This document shows, piece by piece, positions 35,175 to 44,031 of a stretch of DNA of 64,000 bases. The translations under genes were made by a program, and so were the position numbers. The notes below the pieces were generated by a model. The model ran no database searches. It worked only from the letters and a program-made list of their open reading frames with translations, and was not told the origin of the DNA. The stretch comes from an uncultured Clostridia bacterium. GTDB lineage: Bacteria; Bacillota; Clostridia; Christensenellales; Borkfalkiaceae. How positions within the stretch are numbered: position 1 is the first letter of the stretch; every line of letters begins with the position of its first letter. Location of the stretch: contig CANRHI010000001.1 in assembly GCA_947630365.1 (NCBI GenBank), forward strand, positions 3,927 through 67,926, read 5' to 3'.

Positions 35175-35203
35175 TTGATTTTCGGGGGCGTATCGGGTAT
35201 AAT
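35175..35203 (+). promoter_or_regulatory. Sigma-70-type promoter of the DUF5054-like gene
   Basis: TTGATT (35175-80), a 17-nt spacer, then TATAAT (35198-203). Confidence 0.6.
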
Positions 35204-35240
35204 CATATCAAGAATGGCATCGGGTATGATCGAATCGCGC

Positions 35241-35273
35241 GCAACCATGTCAACGTGAGCAACCATGTCAACG
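35241..35273 (+). promoter_or_regulatory. Two perfect 15-bp direct repeats, GCAACCATGTCAACG (candidate operator), between the promoter and the start codon
   Basis: Copies at 35241-55 and 35259-73 (18-bp phasing). A partial third copy, GATCGTGTCAAA, follows. Confidence 0.6.
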
Positions 35274-35319
35274 CGTGCGATCGTGTCAAATAGAGTGCAG
35301 AAAATTTTCGGAGGGGCAA

Positions 35320-37482
35320 ATGAAGATCATAACGGTATTCAAGACGCATTTCGATATCGGGTTTACCGAGCTTTCGTCGGAGGTCGTGGCGCGGTACAGC
35401 GGGAAGATGATAAAGGACGTCATCAAGACGTGCAACGATACCTATCCGCTGGGCGAAAAGCTGTGCTACAAGTGGACGATGTCCGCATGGCCGCTCGTCC
35501 AAATGCTCGAGCACGCGGAGGAAGGGGACAGGAAGGCGGCGGAAGAGCTCATCGCGCGCGGTCAGCTCCTTTGGCACGCACTGCCCTTCACGACGCACAC
35601 CGAGTGCTGCGGGGTGGAGGACTTTGTGCGCGGCTTCGACTTTGCGAGGGAGCTTTGCAAGCGGTACCATAAGCCCTTCCCCATTGCGGCGAAGATGACG
35701 GACGTCCCCGGTCACACGGGGTTTCTCGTGGAGGCCTTGGCGAAGGCGGGCGTAAAGTTTTTGCACCTCGGATGCAATCCCGCGTGCACGCCGCCCGAGG
35801 TCCCCATGCTCTTTTGGCTGGAAAGCAAAGACGGCGGCCGCGTCCTCACCTTCTACAACAAAACCTACGGCTCGAGCGTGCTTCCGCCCAAAAACTGGCC
35901 GTATCCCGTCTGGTTCAACATGAATCAGACCAACGACAACATCGGCCCGCAGGATGCGCGCGTCATCGAGGAGCTGGTCGCGGCGGCGGGGGAGAACGAG
36001 CTCGTCATCGGAAGTTTGGACGACGTGTACCGCGAGCTTCTTCCCCATTTGGGGGAGGAAGTGCCCGTAGTTAAGAGCGAGCTGGCGGATGCGTGGATCC
36101 ACGGCGTGGGGACGTACCCCAAGGAGGTGGGCGAGCTCCGCCGTGTGCGCGAGCGGCTTGCGGCGGCCTCCAAGGTGCAGGCGAGGGAGAAAGTCTTTGA
36201 CGCGCGCCTTGAGAAGCTCTTCCAAAGCGCGTATGCCGATCTGCTCCTCTTCTCCGAGCACACATGGGGGTTGGACGTAAAGACGCACCTCGGCGCGCCC
36301 AAATACAAGAAGGCGGATTTTACCGCCGAGCGGGGCGACCCGCGCTACAAAAAGTTGGAGCTCTCGTGGGACGAGCAGAGGGACAGAGTCCGCCGCGCCG
36401 AGAAGGCTGCGGAGGAGATCGAGTCCATCCTCGGCATCGCGGGCGAAAAGGCGAGGCCTTCCGCGGGGGAAGGCGCAAACGCCGCGCTCTCCCTTCGGGC
36501 GGACAAGAAGGGGAACGTGGAAATTCTCTCGAATGGGGAAAGGCTCCTCAAGATCTGCGGCGCGGAGTACCGCATTGCGGGCTCGGAGGAAATGTGCCGT
36601 TTCTTGCGGGCGTATGTGCGCAGGTTCCCCGTTTGGGCGATCTTCGACTACGGCAGGGTGGAGTATCCCGAGTGCGAGGGCGAGCTCTTCCTCCCCGTCT
36701 CGGCGGAGGTGGAAAAGCGGGCGGACGGGCTCACCGTGACCCATTTCTACGACGAGCGCGCGGCGAAGGAATTCGGCTGGGCGGAGAAAACGGTCACGAC
36801 CTATAAAGTGGAAAACGGCCGCGTTCGCGTGCGCTTCGAGGTGGAGGCGTGCGCCACGCCCTATGCGGAGAGCGCGAGCCTCAAATTCCTCCCCGCGGAG
36901 AAGGGCATTTCCATCAACAAGCTCGGCGGCATGGTGGACCCCGCAAAGGATGTTGCGGTAGACGCCAACCATGTGGCGTTTTGCACCGAGCGCTTCGTCG
37001 ACCTCAACGGGGATACCCTCGCGGTCCTTTCCAAGGACGCCGCCCTCGTCTCGATGGGCGAGGACCTGCTCTTCAAATTCCACAGAAGGAACGAGGCGCG
37101 CGGGAAGGCGTTCTACTTCAACCTCTTCAACACCATGTGGGGGACGAATTTCCCGCAGTGGATCGAGGGCAAGCTCGCGTATGAATTCGAGATCGTCCCG
37201 CACCCCGCGGGGGACCGCAGCCTTCTCTACGAGGCAGACGACGCCGCGCTCGAATTGTGCGGTGCGGCGCTCGAGAGCGTGCGCGTGGAAGGCGGAGAGG
37301 CGCTGTACCGCATCCGCGAGATAAACGGCAAGGCGGCGACCGCCACCTTTGCCGCGAAAGAGAGCGCGTGGAAGGCGACCGATTGGTTTGGCGAACACGG
37401 CACACGGTTGCCCGTTTCGGAGGGAAGAGTGCAGCTCGCCCTGCGCCCCTACGAGATCGTCACCGTCCGCCCGATGAAGTAA
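35320..37482 (+). CDS. DUF5054 / GH38-N-terminal-like glycoside hydrolase
   Basis: ATG at 35320 after GGAGGGG. The N-terminus KIITVFKTHFDIGFT is typical of DUF5054 (GH38-like metal-site strand). 720 aa. Confidence 0.6.
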   Translation: MKIITVFKTHFDIGFTELSSEVVARYSGKMIKDVIKTCNDTYPLGEKLCYKWTMSAWPLVQMLEHAEEGDRKAAEELIARGQLLWHALPFTTHTECCGVEDFVRGFDFARELCKRYHKPFPIAAKMTDVPGHTGFLVEALAKAGVKFLHLGCNPACTPPEVPMLFWLESKDGGRVLTFYNKTYGSSVLPPKNWPYPVWFNMNQTNDNIGPQDARVIEELVAAAGENELVIGSLDDVYRELLPHLGEEVPVVKSELADAWIHGVGTYPKEVGELRRVRERLAAASKVQAREKVFDARLEKLFQSAYADLLLFSEHTWGLDVKTHLGAPKYKKADFTAERGDPRYKKLELSWDEQRDRVRRAEKAAEEIESILGIAGEKARPSAGEGANAALSLRADKKGNVEILSNGERLLKICGAEYRIAGSEEMCRFLRAYVRRFPVWAIFDYGRVEYPECEGELFLPVSAEVEKRADGLTVTHFYDERAAKEFGWAEKTVTTYKVENGRVRVRFEVEACATPYAESASLKFLPAEKGISINKLGGMVDPAKDVAVDANHVAFCTERFVDLNGDTLAVLSKDAALVSMGEDLLFKFHRRNEARGKAFYFNLFNTMWGTNFPQWIEGKLAYEFEIVPHPAGDRSLLYEADDAALELCGAALESVRVEGGEALYRIREINGKAATATFAAKESAWKATDWFGEHGTRLPVSEGRVQLALRPYEIVTVRPMK

Positions 37483-37879
37483 GGGAGGGGGCTCCCCGCG
37501 AAGGGTAGGGCTCTTGTCGCGGGGCGATCTTCCGACAATTGCATGAGTGCGCATGTGCGCCCGAGAGGCTTTCTGCCGACGGGCGCATTTTTGTTGTCCA
37601 AAATGCAAAAAATGGGCAAAAAGAATGGATAAAACGCAAAATGTGCGATTTCGTGTTCGAAAGTAACATGGAAAAAACATGGAAAAATGAGCCTGAATTC
37701 CCTCCAAAAGTCCTGAAAAGTTTTATCATTTTTCCGTGTTCCCTCGAGGACGATTTCCCGAAAAATAGGGGACTTTATCATAAAAAATCGGCAAAATGTG
37801 AAAAATATCGCGAAATTGGGATTGTAGTTTTCATTTTTTCGAATATGGAAAAACGAATTATTCCGCCGAAAAGGGGAGG

Positions 37880-37907
37880 TTGACAAAAGGAAAATATCTG
37901 TTACAAT
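37880..37907 (+). promoter_or_regulatory. Sigma-70-type promoter of the AraC-family gene
   Basis: TTGACA (37880-85), a 16-nt spacer, then TACAAT (37902-07). Confidence 0.6.
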
Positions 37908-37925
37908 AGGAAACGGGTGGGGGAA

Positions 37926-38834
37926 ATGTTGAACAAAAAGAACAATAAGACCAGCGAAAAGAACGAAGTGCTCACCGAGCAGCGTCTCTACGGCAGGGTA
38001 CACAGGTTCATCGACCTGAATGTGATCACCTGCGGGCACGAGCAGTGCGCGCCCACAAAGTTTGTGGACGTAGCGAAAAAGGACGTGTACACCATTCACG
38101 TCATCGAGAGCGGAAAGGGCTACATCGAATACAACGGCAACAAGGTCGCCCTCTCCACCAACGACGTGTTTTTCATCTATCCCGGGGAAATGGTCTCCTA
38201 CTACCCCGATCCCAAGTCGCCGTGGTCGTACTTTTGGATGACGTTCGAAGGCGTTCAGGCAGACGAGCTGGTGGGAAGGATCGACGCAACGCGCGAGCGG
38301 CCGTACCTAAAGAACGACTTCAACCGCAAGCTCCTCGGGTATTTCGCCGCCGCGATGGAGGCGTTCGAGCGGCACGGGAAGATCGTCGTCGAATGCGTCG
38401 GGTATCTCTACATTATCCTCGGCGCGCTTGCGGGAAGGGACCGCGAGGCGCTCCCCATTCAACAGCGCTATGTGAAGGAAGCGCTCACGTTCATTTATTA
38501 CAACTTCAATTTCGATATCACCGTAAAGGATATCGCCAAGAATTTACACATTTCACCCAATTATTTGAGCTCGCTGTTCCAAAGCGAGGTCGGCATGACG
38601 ACAAAGCAATACCTCGTAAAGACGAGAATGGAGCGCGCCCTTCGCCACATGCAGCAAAACCATGAGGTGAAGATAAAGGACGTCGCCGCCATGGTCGGCT
38701 ATTCGGACCCGCTGTATTTTTCCAAGGTCTTCCGAAGCTACTATGGCAAGACGCCCAAGGAGGCGCTCGAGGCCATGGAACAGCTCGAAACGGTGCGGGG
38801 AAACGAGCCTCCCAAGCCCGAGGGGAGCGATTGA
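37926..38834 (+). CDS. AraC-family transcriptional regulator (cupin sensor plus HTH_18)
   Basis: N-terminal cupin-like region (FFIYPGEMVSYYPD) and a C-terminal dual HTH (ISPNYLSSLFQSEVGMT..., VGYSDPLYFSKVFR). The ATG at 37926 is preferred over the GTG at 37917. Confidence 0.85.
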   Translation: MLNKKNNKTSEKNEVLTEQRLYGRVHRFIDLNVITCGHEQCAPTKFVDVAKKDVYTIHVIESGKGYIEYNGNKVALSTNDVFFIYPGEMVSYYPDPKSPWSYFWMTFEGVQADELVGRIDATRERPYLKNDFNRKLLGYFAAAMEAFERHGKIVVECVGYLYIILGALAGRDREALPIQQRYVKEALTFIYYNFNFDITVKDIAKNLHISPNYLSSLFQSEVGMTTKQYLVKTRMERALRHMQQNHEVKIKDVAAMVGYSDPLYFSKVFRSYYGKTPKEALEAMEQLETVRGNEPPKPEGSD

Positions 38835-38900
38835 TTTCGATTTTGAAACGGAAACGTTTTGAAAAATAAAATTTTTAAGGGAAATGATGAGGGAAAAACT

Positions 38901-41900
38901 ATGAAAGCATTGCGGAAAGTAAGTATCCTGCTCCTTACGCTATGTATGGGGCTCGGCGTGTTCGGCGGGTTTGCCCTGACGCAGAGAGCTACGGCAGAGG
39001 AGGCCCCCCAAAAGGCATTGAAGTTCTCGATAAGCAAGAGCCATTCGGACTTTTCGGACGAGAGATATACAAGCGCGAGCGACGACACCGTATTCATCGT
39101 CGAAACGACGCCGTTCCCCGCGACCGCAGATGTCGACGGTGCCTTCAAGGGAGATACTTTCTTTGGGGAAACTTGGTGGAAGAGCGGTATCGGCAGCGAA
39201 TTGATCGTTGACTATGAATATGCGCTCAACATGCCCATCTCGGGCGGCGGCTCCGTCAACGCGCTTGTCGACCAAGACCCGTGGTTTTTAGGCCGCGGCG
39301 GCAAGGATGCCGACGGGATCGATGCCGTCGACTTGCACGAGGACGCGGCGCTCCTTACCAACGGCTGGCGCCATCGGACCGTTTCCTTCAAGCGCGACCA
39401 AATGGTAAATGAGAAATTGCACGGCGAAGGCATGCTCACGCTGAAGGACGTTTGCTTCTTTATGCCCATGTTGAAGAGCGACCTCGAAAACCTCGAGCCG
39501 GACGGCACTGTCGAGCTGTATTTGAAGAGCATGAAGGTCACGTTCGGTAATGCCGATTTCAGAATTTATGATTCTACCGATGAGACCTGCCTTTGGAATC
39601 GGTTCCCGGAGAAAACAAACGATTTCCACGGAAAGTTCATCGACAACCCTGGCAATAGCTTTAAGGATTGCGCCGGTTTGACCGACCTTCCCTTCGTCGA
39701 CCAGCTCACCTTCGGCGGCCAGTGGAACGAAGTCGACCTTCCCAACTTTGTTACCATCACTCAAAAGGCAGATGCGCCCAAGTCTTTGACGGTGGGCGAG
39801 GAATACGACCTCAAGTCCTTTGTGACGACCTCCGATGCTTCCGAGGTGACCGTTGCGGTGCAAAAGGACGGCGAGGACGTCGAAGTTTCCGATGCAACGA
39901 AGTTTACGCCCAACGAGGCGGGCGAGTACACCATCACCTATACGGCGCAGGGGACGTATCCCTCGACCGTAACCATAAAACTTACCTGCGCACCCTCGAC
40001 CGTGCCCGTCATTCTCGAAGAAGATGTCGACGCAGCTGTCCCCAAGACGGGGCATGCCCACGAGGTCATTTCCATCGGGAAAGTCATGGCGAGCCTCGCG
40101 GGAGCAGACCCCATTGCAACGACCGTCACCGTGAAGCGGGATAGCGAAACGGGGGGGGACGTAGATGTCACCGATAAGGACGACCATTGGGAATTCCGGC
40201 CGACCGAAAAGCTGGATGCGACCTACTTCGTCCAATTCACCGCGGAGAACGAAGGAAATACCGTCACTTCTGCGTGGAAGCAAATCGTTGTGACCGATAT
40301 CGACAAACCCGTCATCGACTTCTCGAAAATGTATCAAGGAGAGGCCATCGGTCAGCGCTATACGTTGGCGCAGATCACCGACGGGCTCACCGTCACTGAT
40401 ATTTCCGACGGAGATATCACGGACTATACCGTGGTGGTCACCGACCCGATCGGCGCAGAGCTCAAGGCGGAGGCGGACGGCAAGTACTTCGTCATCAATT
40501 CCGGTAAGCATATTGTCACCGTCACCGCGACGGATACGGACGACAATACGGTGACGGCGAGCGGCATGTTCACCGCGGTGCCCGTAAACGGGAGCATCGT
40601 TCAGGTGACCTTCAACATCAAACCCGAAGGAAAGGCGGAAGGGCAGCAGAAGAAGTCGAGGATACAAATCTTCGAGCTCGACCACAAGGATGACCTTCTC
40701 CTCAACGCGGGAGCCACCCTTCGCTGGGAAGTGATGGGCTACACCGTCATCGACGGCGAAAAGGTCTTTATCCCCGGTATCGGTACCCTCACTTCGCAAG
40801 TCTCCGATAACGTGGATTGGCCCTTCATTCACGAAGCCATCCGCGAGGACGCGCTCGACAACAACGGCGTGAGCATCAAGGCGAATGCGGACCTCTCCGC
40901 GAAGATGCACGATGACCAAGGCAGACCCGTTTGGGTGCAGAGAGAGTATAAATTCACGGCAGAGGACGCCGATTCCGGTCTCTTCGGAAAGAAACTCTAT
41001 CACCTCGCAACCGCAATCGACACGACGGCAGAAGTCGGGGATCAAATCTTTGTATTCCTTCGCAACTTCCAGCTCGTGAAGCCCGATGGGACCGTATTTA
41101 CCCTCGAGGGCAACAACGGCAGCGAGCTCACCGATAATTGGACGGATGAAGAAGCCGAACAAGGCGGTTGGGGAAAGAACATCGCTTCCCATAACGTTTC
41201 GGCGACCCTCGACCGCTTCCCCATCTATATTGACGGCGAGATCGAAACGAGCGTCGGCATCGGGCAAACGGTGCGCCTTCCCAAGACCGTCATGAAGGAC
41301 GCCTTCGCAGACGACTTCGTAGAAGTCACCTACACCGTCAAGGGGCCCGATGGGCAGAACGTGGAGCTCACGGACGCCGACGACGAATTCACCTTCAAGG
41401 CAGCCAAGAACGGAAAGTACACCGTCACCGTGACGGGCGCGAACGAGCACGGCAGCACCACCGTCACTGTGGAGATCACGGCGGAAGATAGCGAGGAGCC
41501 CACCATCACGCAGGGGACCTTCCCCGAGGCGAAGAAGGGTCAAGCCTTCTCGGGCACCATCCTCGTGACCGACGACAACACCGCTCCCGAAGATCTCGAG
41601 ATCGAGGTCGATGTGTTCCGCGGAACGACAACGACCAAGGTCGAGAGCAGCTTCACGTTTGAGAACGGGACGCTCACCGTCACCTTCACGCCCGATCAGG
41701 CGGGGGCGTACCGCATCGTCGTGACTGCCATAGACGAAGCCGAAAACGAAGGCGTGCGATCCTTCAATGTCGCCGTGAGCGAAGAGCAGACGACCCCCGG
41801 CACGGGCGGCGATACCCCGACGACCCCCGGCACGGGCGACGACAACCCCACGACCCCCGGTACGGGCGGCGATACCCCGACCACCCCCGGTACGGGTGAC

Positions 41901-42125
41901 GACAACCCGACCACCCCCGGTACGGGCGACAAGGAACCCACCACCCCCGGCACGGGCGACGATACCCCCACGACCCCCGGCACGGGCGACAAGGAGCCTG
42001 CAGACACCGCCGAGAAGAAGGGCTGCGGCTCGGTCATCGGCTCGGTTTCCGTCGGAATGGCGATCGCGCTTCTCTCGGCGCTCGTAGTTGCCCTCGTCCT
42101 CGTCCGCAAGAAGGCTTCGAAATAA
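38901..42125 (+). CDS. Large cell-surface protein: signal peptide, multiple Ig-like/beta-sandwich modules, Pro/Thr/Gly repeat stalk, C-terminal TM anchor
   Basis: ATG at 38901 (MKALRKVSILLLTLCMGLGVFGG). Repeated '...EYTITYTA...' and '...KYTVTVTG...' Ig-like strands. TTPGTG(G/D)D(T/N)P occurs 7 times. C-terminal MAIALLSALVVALVLVRKKASK. Confidence 0.75.
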   Translation: MKALRKVSILLLTLCMGLGVFGGFALTQRATAEEAPQKALKFSISKSHSDFSDERYTSASDDTVFIVETTPFPATADVDGAFKGDTFFGETWWKSGIGSELIVDYEYALNMPISGGGSVNALVDQDPWFLGRGGKDADGIDAVDLHEDAALLTNGWRHRTVSFKRDQMVNEKLHGEGMLTLKDVCFFMPMLKSDLENLEPDGTVELYLKSMKVTFGNADFRIYDSTDETCLWNRFPEKTNDFHGKFIDNPGNSFKDCAGLTDLPFVDQLTFGGQWNEVDLPNFVTITQKADAPKSLTVGEEYDLKSFVTTSDASEVTVAVQKDGEDVEVSDATKFTPNEAGEYTITYTAQGTYPSTVTIKLTCAPSTVPVILEEDVDAAVPKTGHAHEVISIGKVMASLAGADPIATTVTVKRDSETGGDVDVTDKDDHWEFRPTEKLDATYFVQFTAENEGNTVTSAWKQIVVTDIDKPVIDFSKMYQGEAIGQRYTLAQITDGLTVTDISDGDITDYTVVVTDPIGAELKAEADGKYFVINSGKHIVTVTATDTDDNTVTASGMFTAVPVNGSIVQVTFNIKPEGKAEGQQKKSRIQIFELDHKDDLLLNAGATLRWEVMGYTVIDGEKVFIPGIGTLTSQVSDNVDWPFIHEAIREDALDNNGVSIKANADLSAKMHDDQGRPVWVQREYKFTAEDADSGLFGKKLYHLATAIDTTAEVGDQIFVFLRNFQLVKPDGTVFTLEGNNGSELTDNWTDEEAEQGGWGKNIASHNVSATLDRFPIYIDGEIETSVGIGQTVRLPKTVMKDAFADDFVEVTYTVKGPDGQNVELTDADDEFTFKAAKNGKYTVTVTGANEHGSTTVTVEITAEDSEEPTITQGTFPEAKKGQAFSGTILVTDDNTAPEDLEIEVDVFRGTTTTKVESSFTFENGTLTVTFTPDQAGAYRIVVTAIDEAENEGVRSFNVAVSEEQTTPGTGGDTPTTPGTGDDNPTTPGTGGDTPTTPGTGDDNPTTPGTGDKEPTTPGTGDDTPTTPGTGDKEPADTAEKKGCGSVIGSVSVGMAIALLSALVVALVLVRKKASK
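41790..41999 (+). repeat. In-frame 30-bp tandem repeat, 7 copies (TTPGTGxDxP stalk)
   Basis: ACGACCCCCGGCACGGGCGGCGATACCCCG-type units, with alternating GGDTP / GDDNP / GDKEP variants. Confidence 0.9.
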
Positions 42126-42149
42126 GCCCTTTCGCGGCGTCGGAGCGCA

Positions 42150-43118
42150 ATGTCTATGGAAAATACGACCAAGAGACAACGTAAAAAATTCAAGCAGCTG
42201 GAGCTGGTAAGGAACAGGAAGTACTACCTCATGGTAGTCCCCGTCATCGTCATCTTCTTCCTGTTCTCTTACCTCCCGCTGCCCGGGATCATACTCGCCT
42301 TCAAGAATTACACCATCACGGGCGGCATCTACGGCAGCCCGTGGGTGGGACTTGAAAACTTCAAGGTGTTCTTCAGCGGCGCGGACATCTGGCGCGTCAC
42401 GCGGAACATTCTCCTCATGAACATTGCGAGCATCGCGCTCAGCACGTTCATGAACGTCGGCGGGGCGATCCTCCTCAACGAGCTGTTTTCCCAAAGGGCG
42501 AAGAAGTTGTTCCAAAATATACTTTTCCTCCCCACATTCTTCTCCGCCCTGCTCGTTGCGAAAATCGTGTACATGCTCTTTGCGAACGACACGGGCCTCA
42601 TCAATTCCCTTCTGCTGCGCTTCGGGCTCGATCCCGTGATGTGGTACGACCATTCGGAATTCTGGATCCCCATCGTTGTGCTCGCAAAGTGCTGGAAAGG
42701 GCTCGGGTACGGCATCGTCTTGTACCTTGCGACCATCTCGGGCTTCGACGACGATCTGTACGAAGCCGCCTATCTCGACGGCGCGGGCAAGGCGCAGCAG
42801 GTGTTCCACATCACGCTTCCGCTCATGAAGCCCGTCATCATCCTGCAGATCCTCCTCGCCATCGGCGGCGTATTCAACGGGGATTTCCTGTTCGTGTATG
42901 CCTTCGTCGGGGACCACTTCGCCCTGAAGGAGTCGCTCGATATCATCGAGACCTATATCTTCCGCACCCTTCTCGGCTCGCAGCAGGGGCTCGGCGGCTC
43001 GATGGACTACGGCTTCACCGCCGCCGTCGGCATCTATCAATCGGTGCTCGGCTTTGCGGTGCTGCTGCTCTCCAACTTTATCGTCCGCCGCGTCGATAAG
43101 AATTACGCCCTGTTCTGA
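42150..43118 (+). CDS. Carbohydrate ABC transporter permease (LplB/YtcP-type)
   Basis: 322 aa and about 6 TM segments, with the EAA-like loop YEAAYLDGAGKAQQVFHITLP. Confidence 0.85.
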   Translation: MSMENTTKRQRKKFKQLELVRNRKYYLMVVPVIVIFFLFSYLPLPGIILAFKNYTITGGIYGSPWVGLENFKVFFSGADIWRVTRNILLMNIASIALSTFMNVGGAILLNELFSQRAKKLFQNILFLPTFFSALLVAKIVYMLFANDTGLINSLLLRFGLDPVMWYDHSEFWIPIVVLAKCWKGLGYGIVLYLATISGFDDDLYEAAYLDGAGKAQQVFHITLPLMKPVIILQILLAIGGVFNGDFLFVYAFVGDHFALKESLDIIETYIFRTLLGSQQGLGGSMDYGFTAAVGIYQSVLGFAVLLLSNFIVRRVDKNYALF

Positions 43119-43127
43119 GGAGGAGCC

Positions 43128-44009
43128 ATGAACGTAACACAGCAAATGCGGTCTCGGCCCGTTCGGCTCGGTCAGATCCTCATCTATATCCTGTTCACCC
43201 TGCTCTCGGCGAGCGTGATCGTCCCGCTCATCCTCACGGTGATCGTCTCGTTCTCCTCCGAGCGCAGCGTGCTGCAGTACGGCTTCTCGTTCACCCCCGC
43301 GGAATGGAGCCTCGAGGCGTATAAATTCGTCTTCTCGGACAACTCCATCTTCATAAGCTACGGCCTGACGCTGCTCGTCACCTTGCTCGGGACCCTGTTT
43401 TCGGTATTCCTTTGCTCCATTTCGGGCTTCGTGCTCTCGCGGCAAAGCGTGAAGTACCGCAACGTCATCGCCATGTTCCTCTATATCCCCACGGTGTTCG
43501 GCGCCGGGCTCATCCCTTGGTACTACAACATAAAGGAAGTGCTCGGGCTCGCCAATACCATTTGGGTGCTTATCCTTCCCAACGTGGTGAGCACCTACAA
43601 CATCTTCCTCACGAGGAATTACTACAAGGGGCTGCCCGACGCCATCACGGAGGCGGCGGAAATGGACGGTGCGGGGCCCTTCCGCATCTTCCTCGAGATC
43701 ATGTTCCCGCTCGCTCTGCCCATCACGGCGACGGTCACGCTCTTCGTCTCCCTCGGCTATTGGAACGATTGGTACCTCGCAACGTGGTTCATCGACGCCG
43801 AGCACAAAGATCTGTATCCCTTGCAGTACTACCTCTTCCAAACGTACCAAAGGCTGCAATCCTCGCACACGCAGGGCAGCGGCATAAGCCCCACCGAAAC
43901 GGTGTATCTTGCCACCATGTTCGTCACGATGGGCCCCATCATCCTCGTGTACCCGTTCGTGCAGAAGTACTTCATCAAGGGTCTCACCCTCGGCGGCGTG
44001 AAGGGCTAA
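43128..44009 (+). CDS. Carbohydrate ABC transporter permease (LplC/YteP-type)
   Basis: 293 aa, with the EAA loop TEAAEMDGAGPFRIFLEIMFP. Confidence 0.85.
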   Translation: MNVTQQMRSRPVRLGQILIYILFTLLSASVIVPLILTVIVSFSSERSVLQYGFSFTPAEWSLEAYKFVFSDNSIFISYGLTLLVTLLGTLFSVFLCSISGFVLSRQSVKYRNVIAMFLYIPTVFGAGLIPWYYNIKEVLGLANTIWVLILPNVVSTYNIFLTRNYYKGLPDAITEAAEMDGAGPFRIFLEIMFPLALPITATVTLFVSLGYWNDWYLATWFIDAEHKDLYPLQYYLFQTYQRLQSSHTQGSGISPTETVYLATMFVTMGPIILVYPFVQKYFIKGLTLGGVKG

Positions 44010-44031
44010 ATCTGAATTTAGGAGAAAAATC

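Noticed and set aside
37483-37916. Possible small genes (114-aa ORF at 37539-37883; 216-aa minus-strand ORF at 37449-38099) in the AT-rich spacer before araC
   Set aside because: Composition is non-coding-like (homopolymeric A/T runs and repeated ATGGAAAAA motifs). There is no RBS, and the ORFs overlap each other and the AraC promoter. The region is better explained as regulatory DNA.
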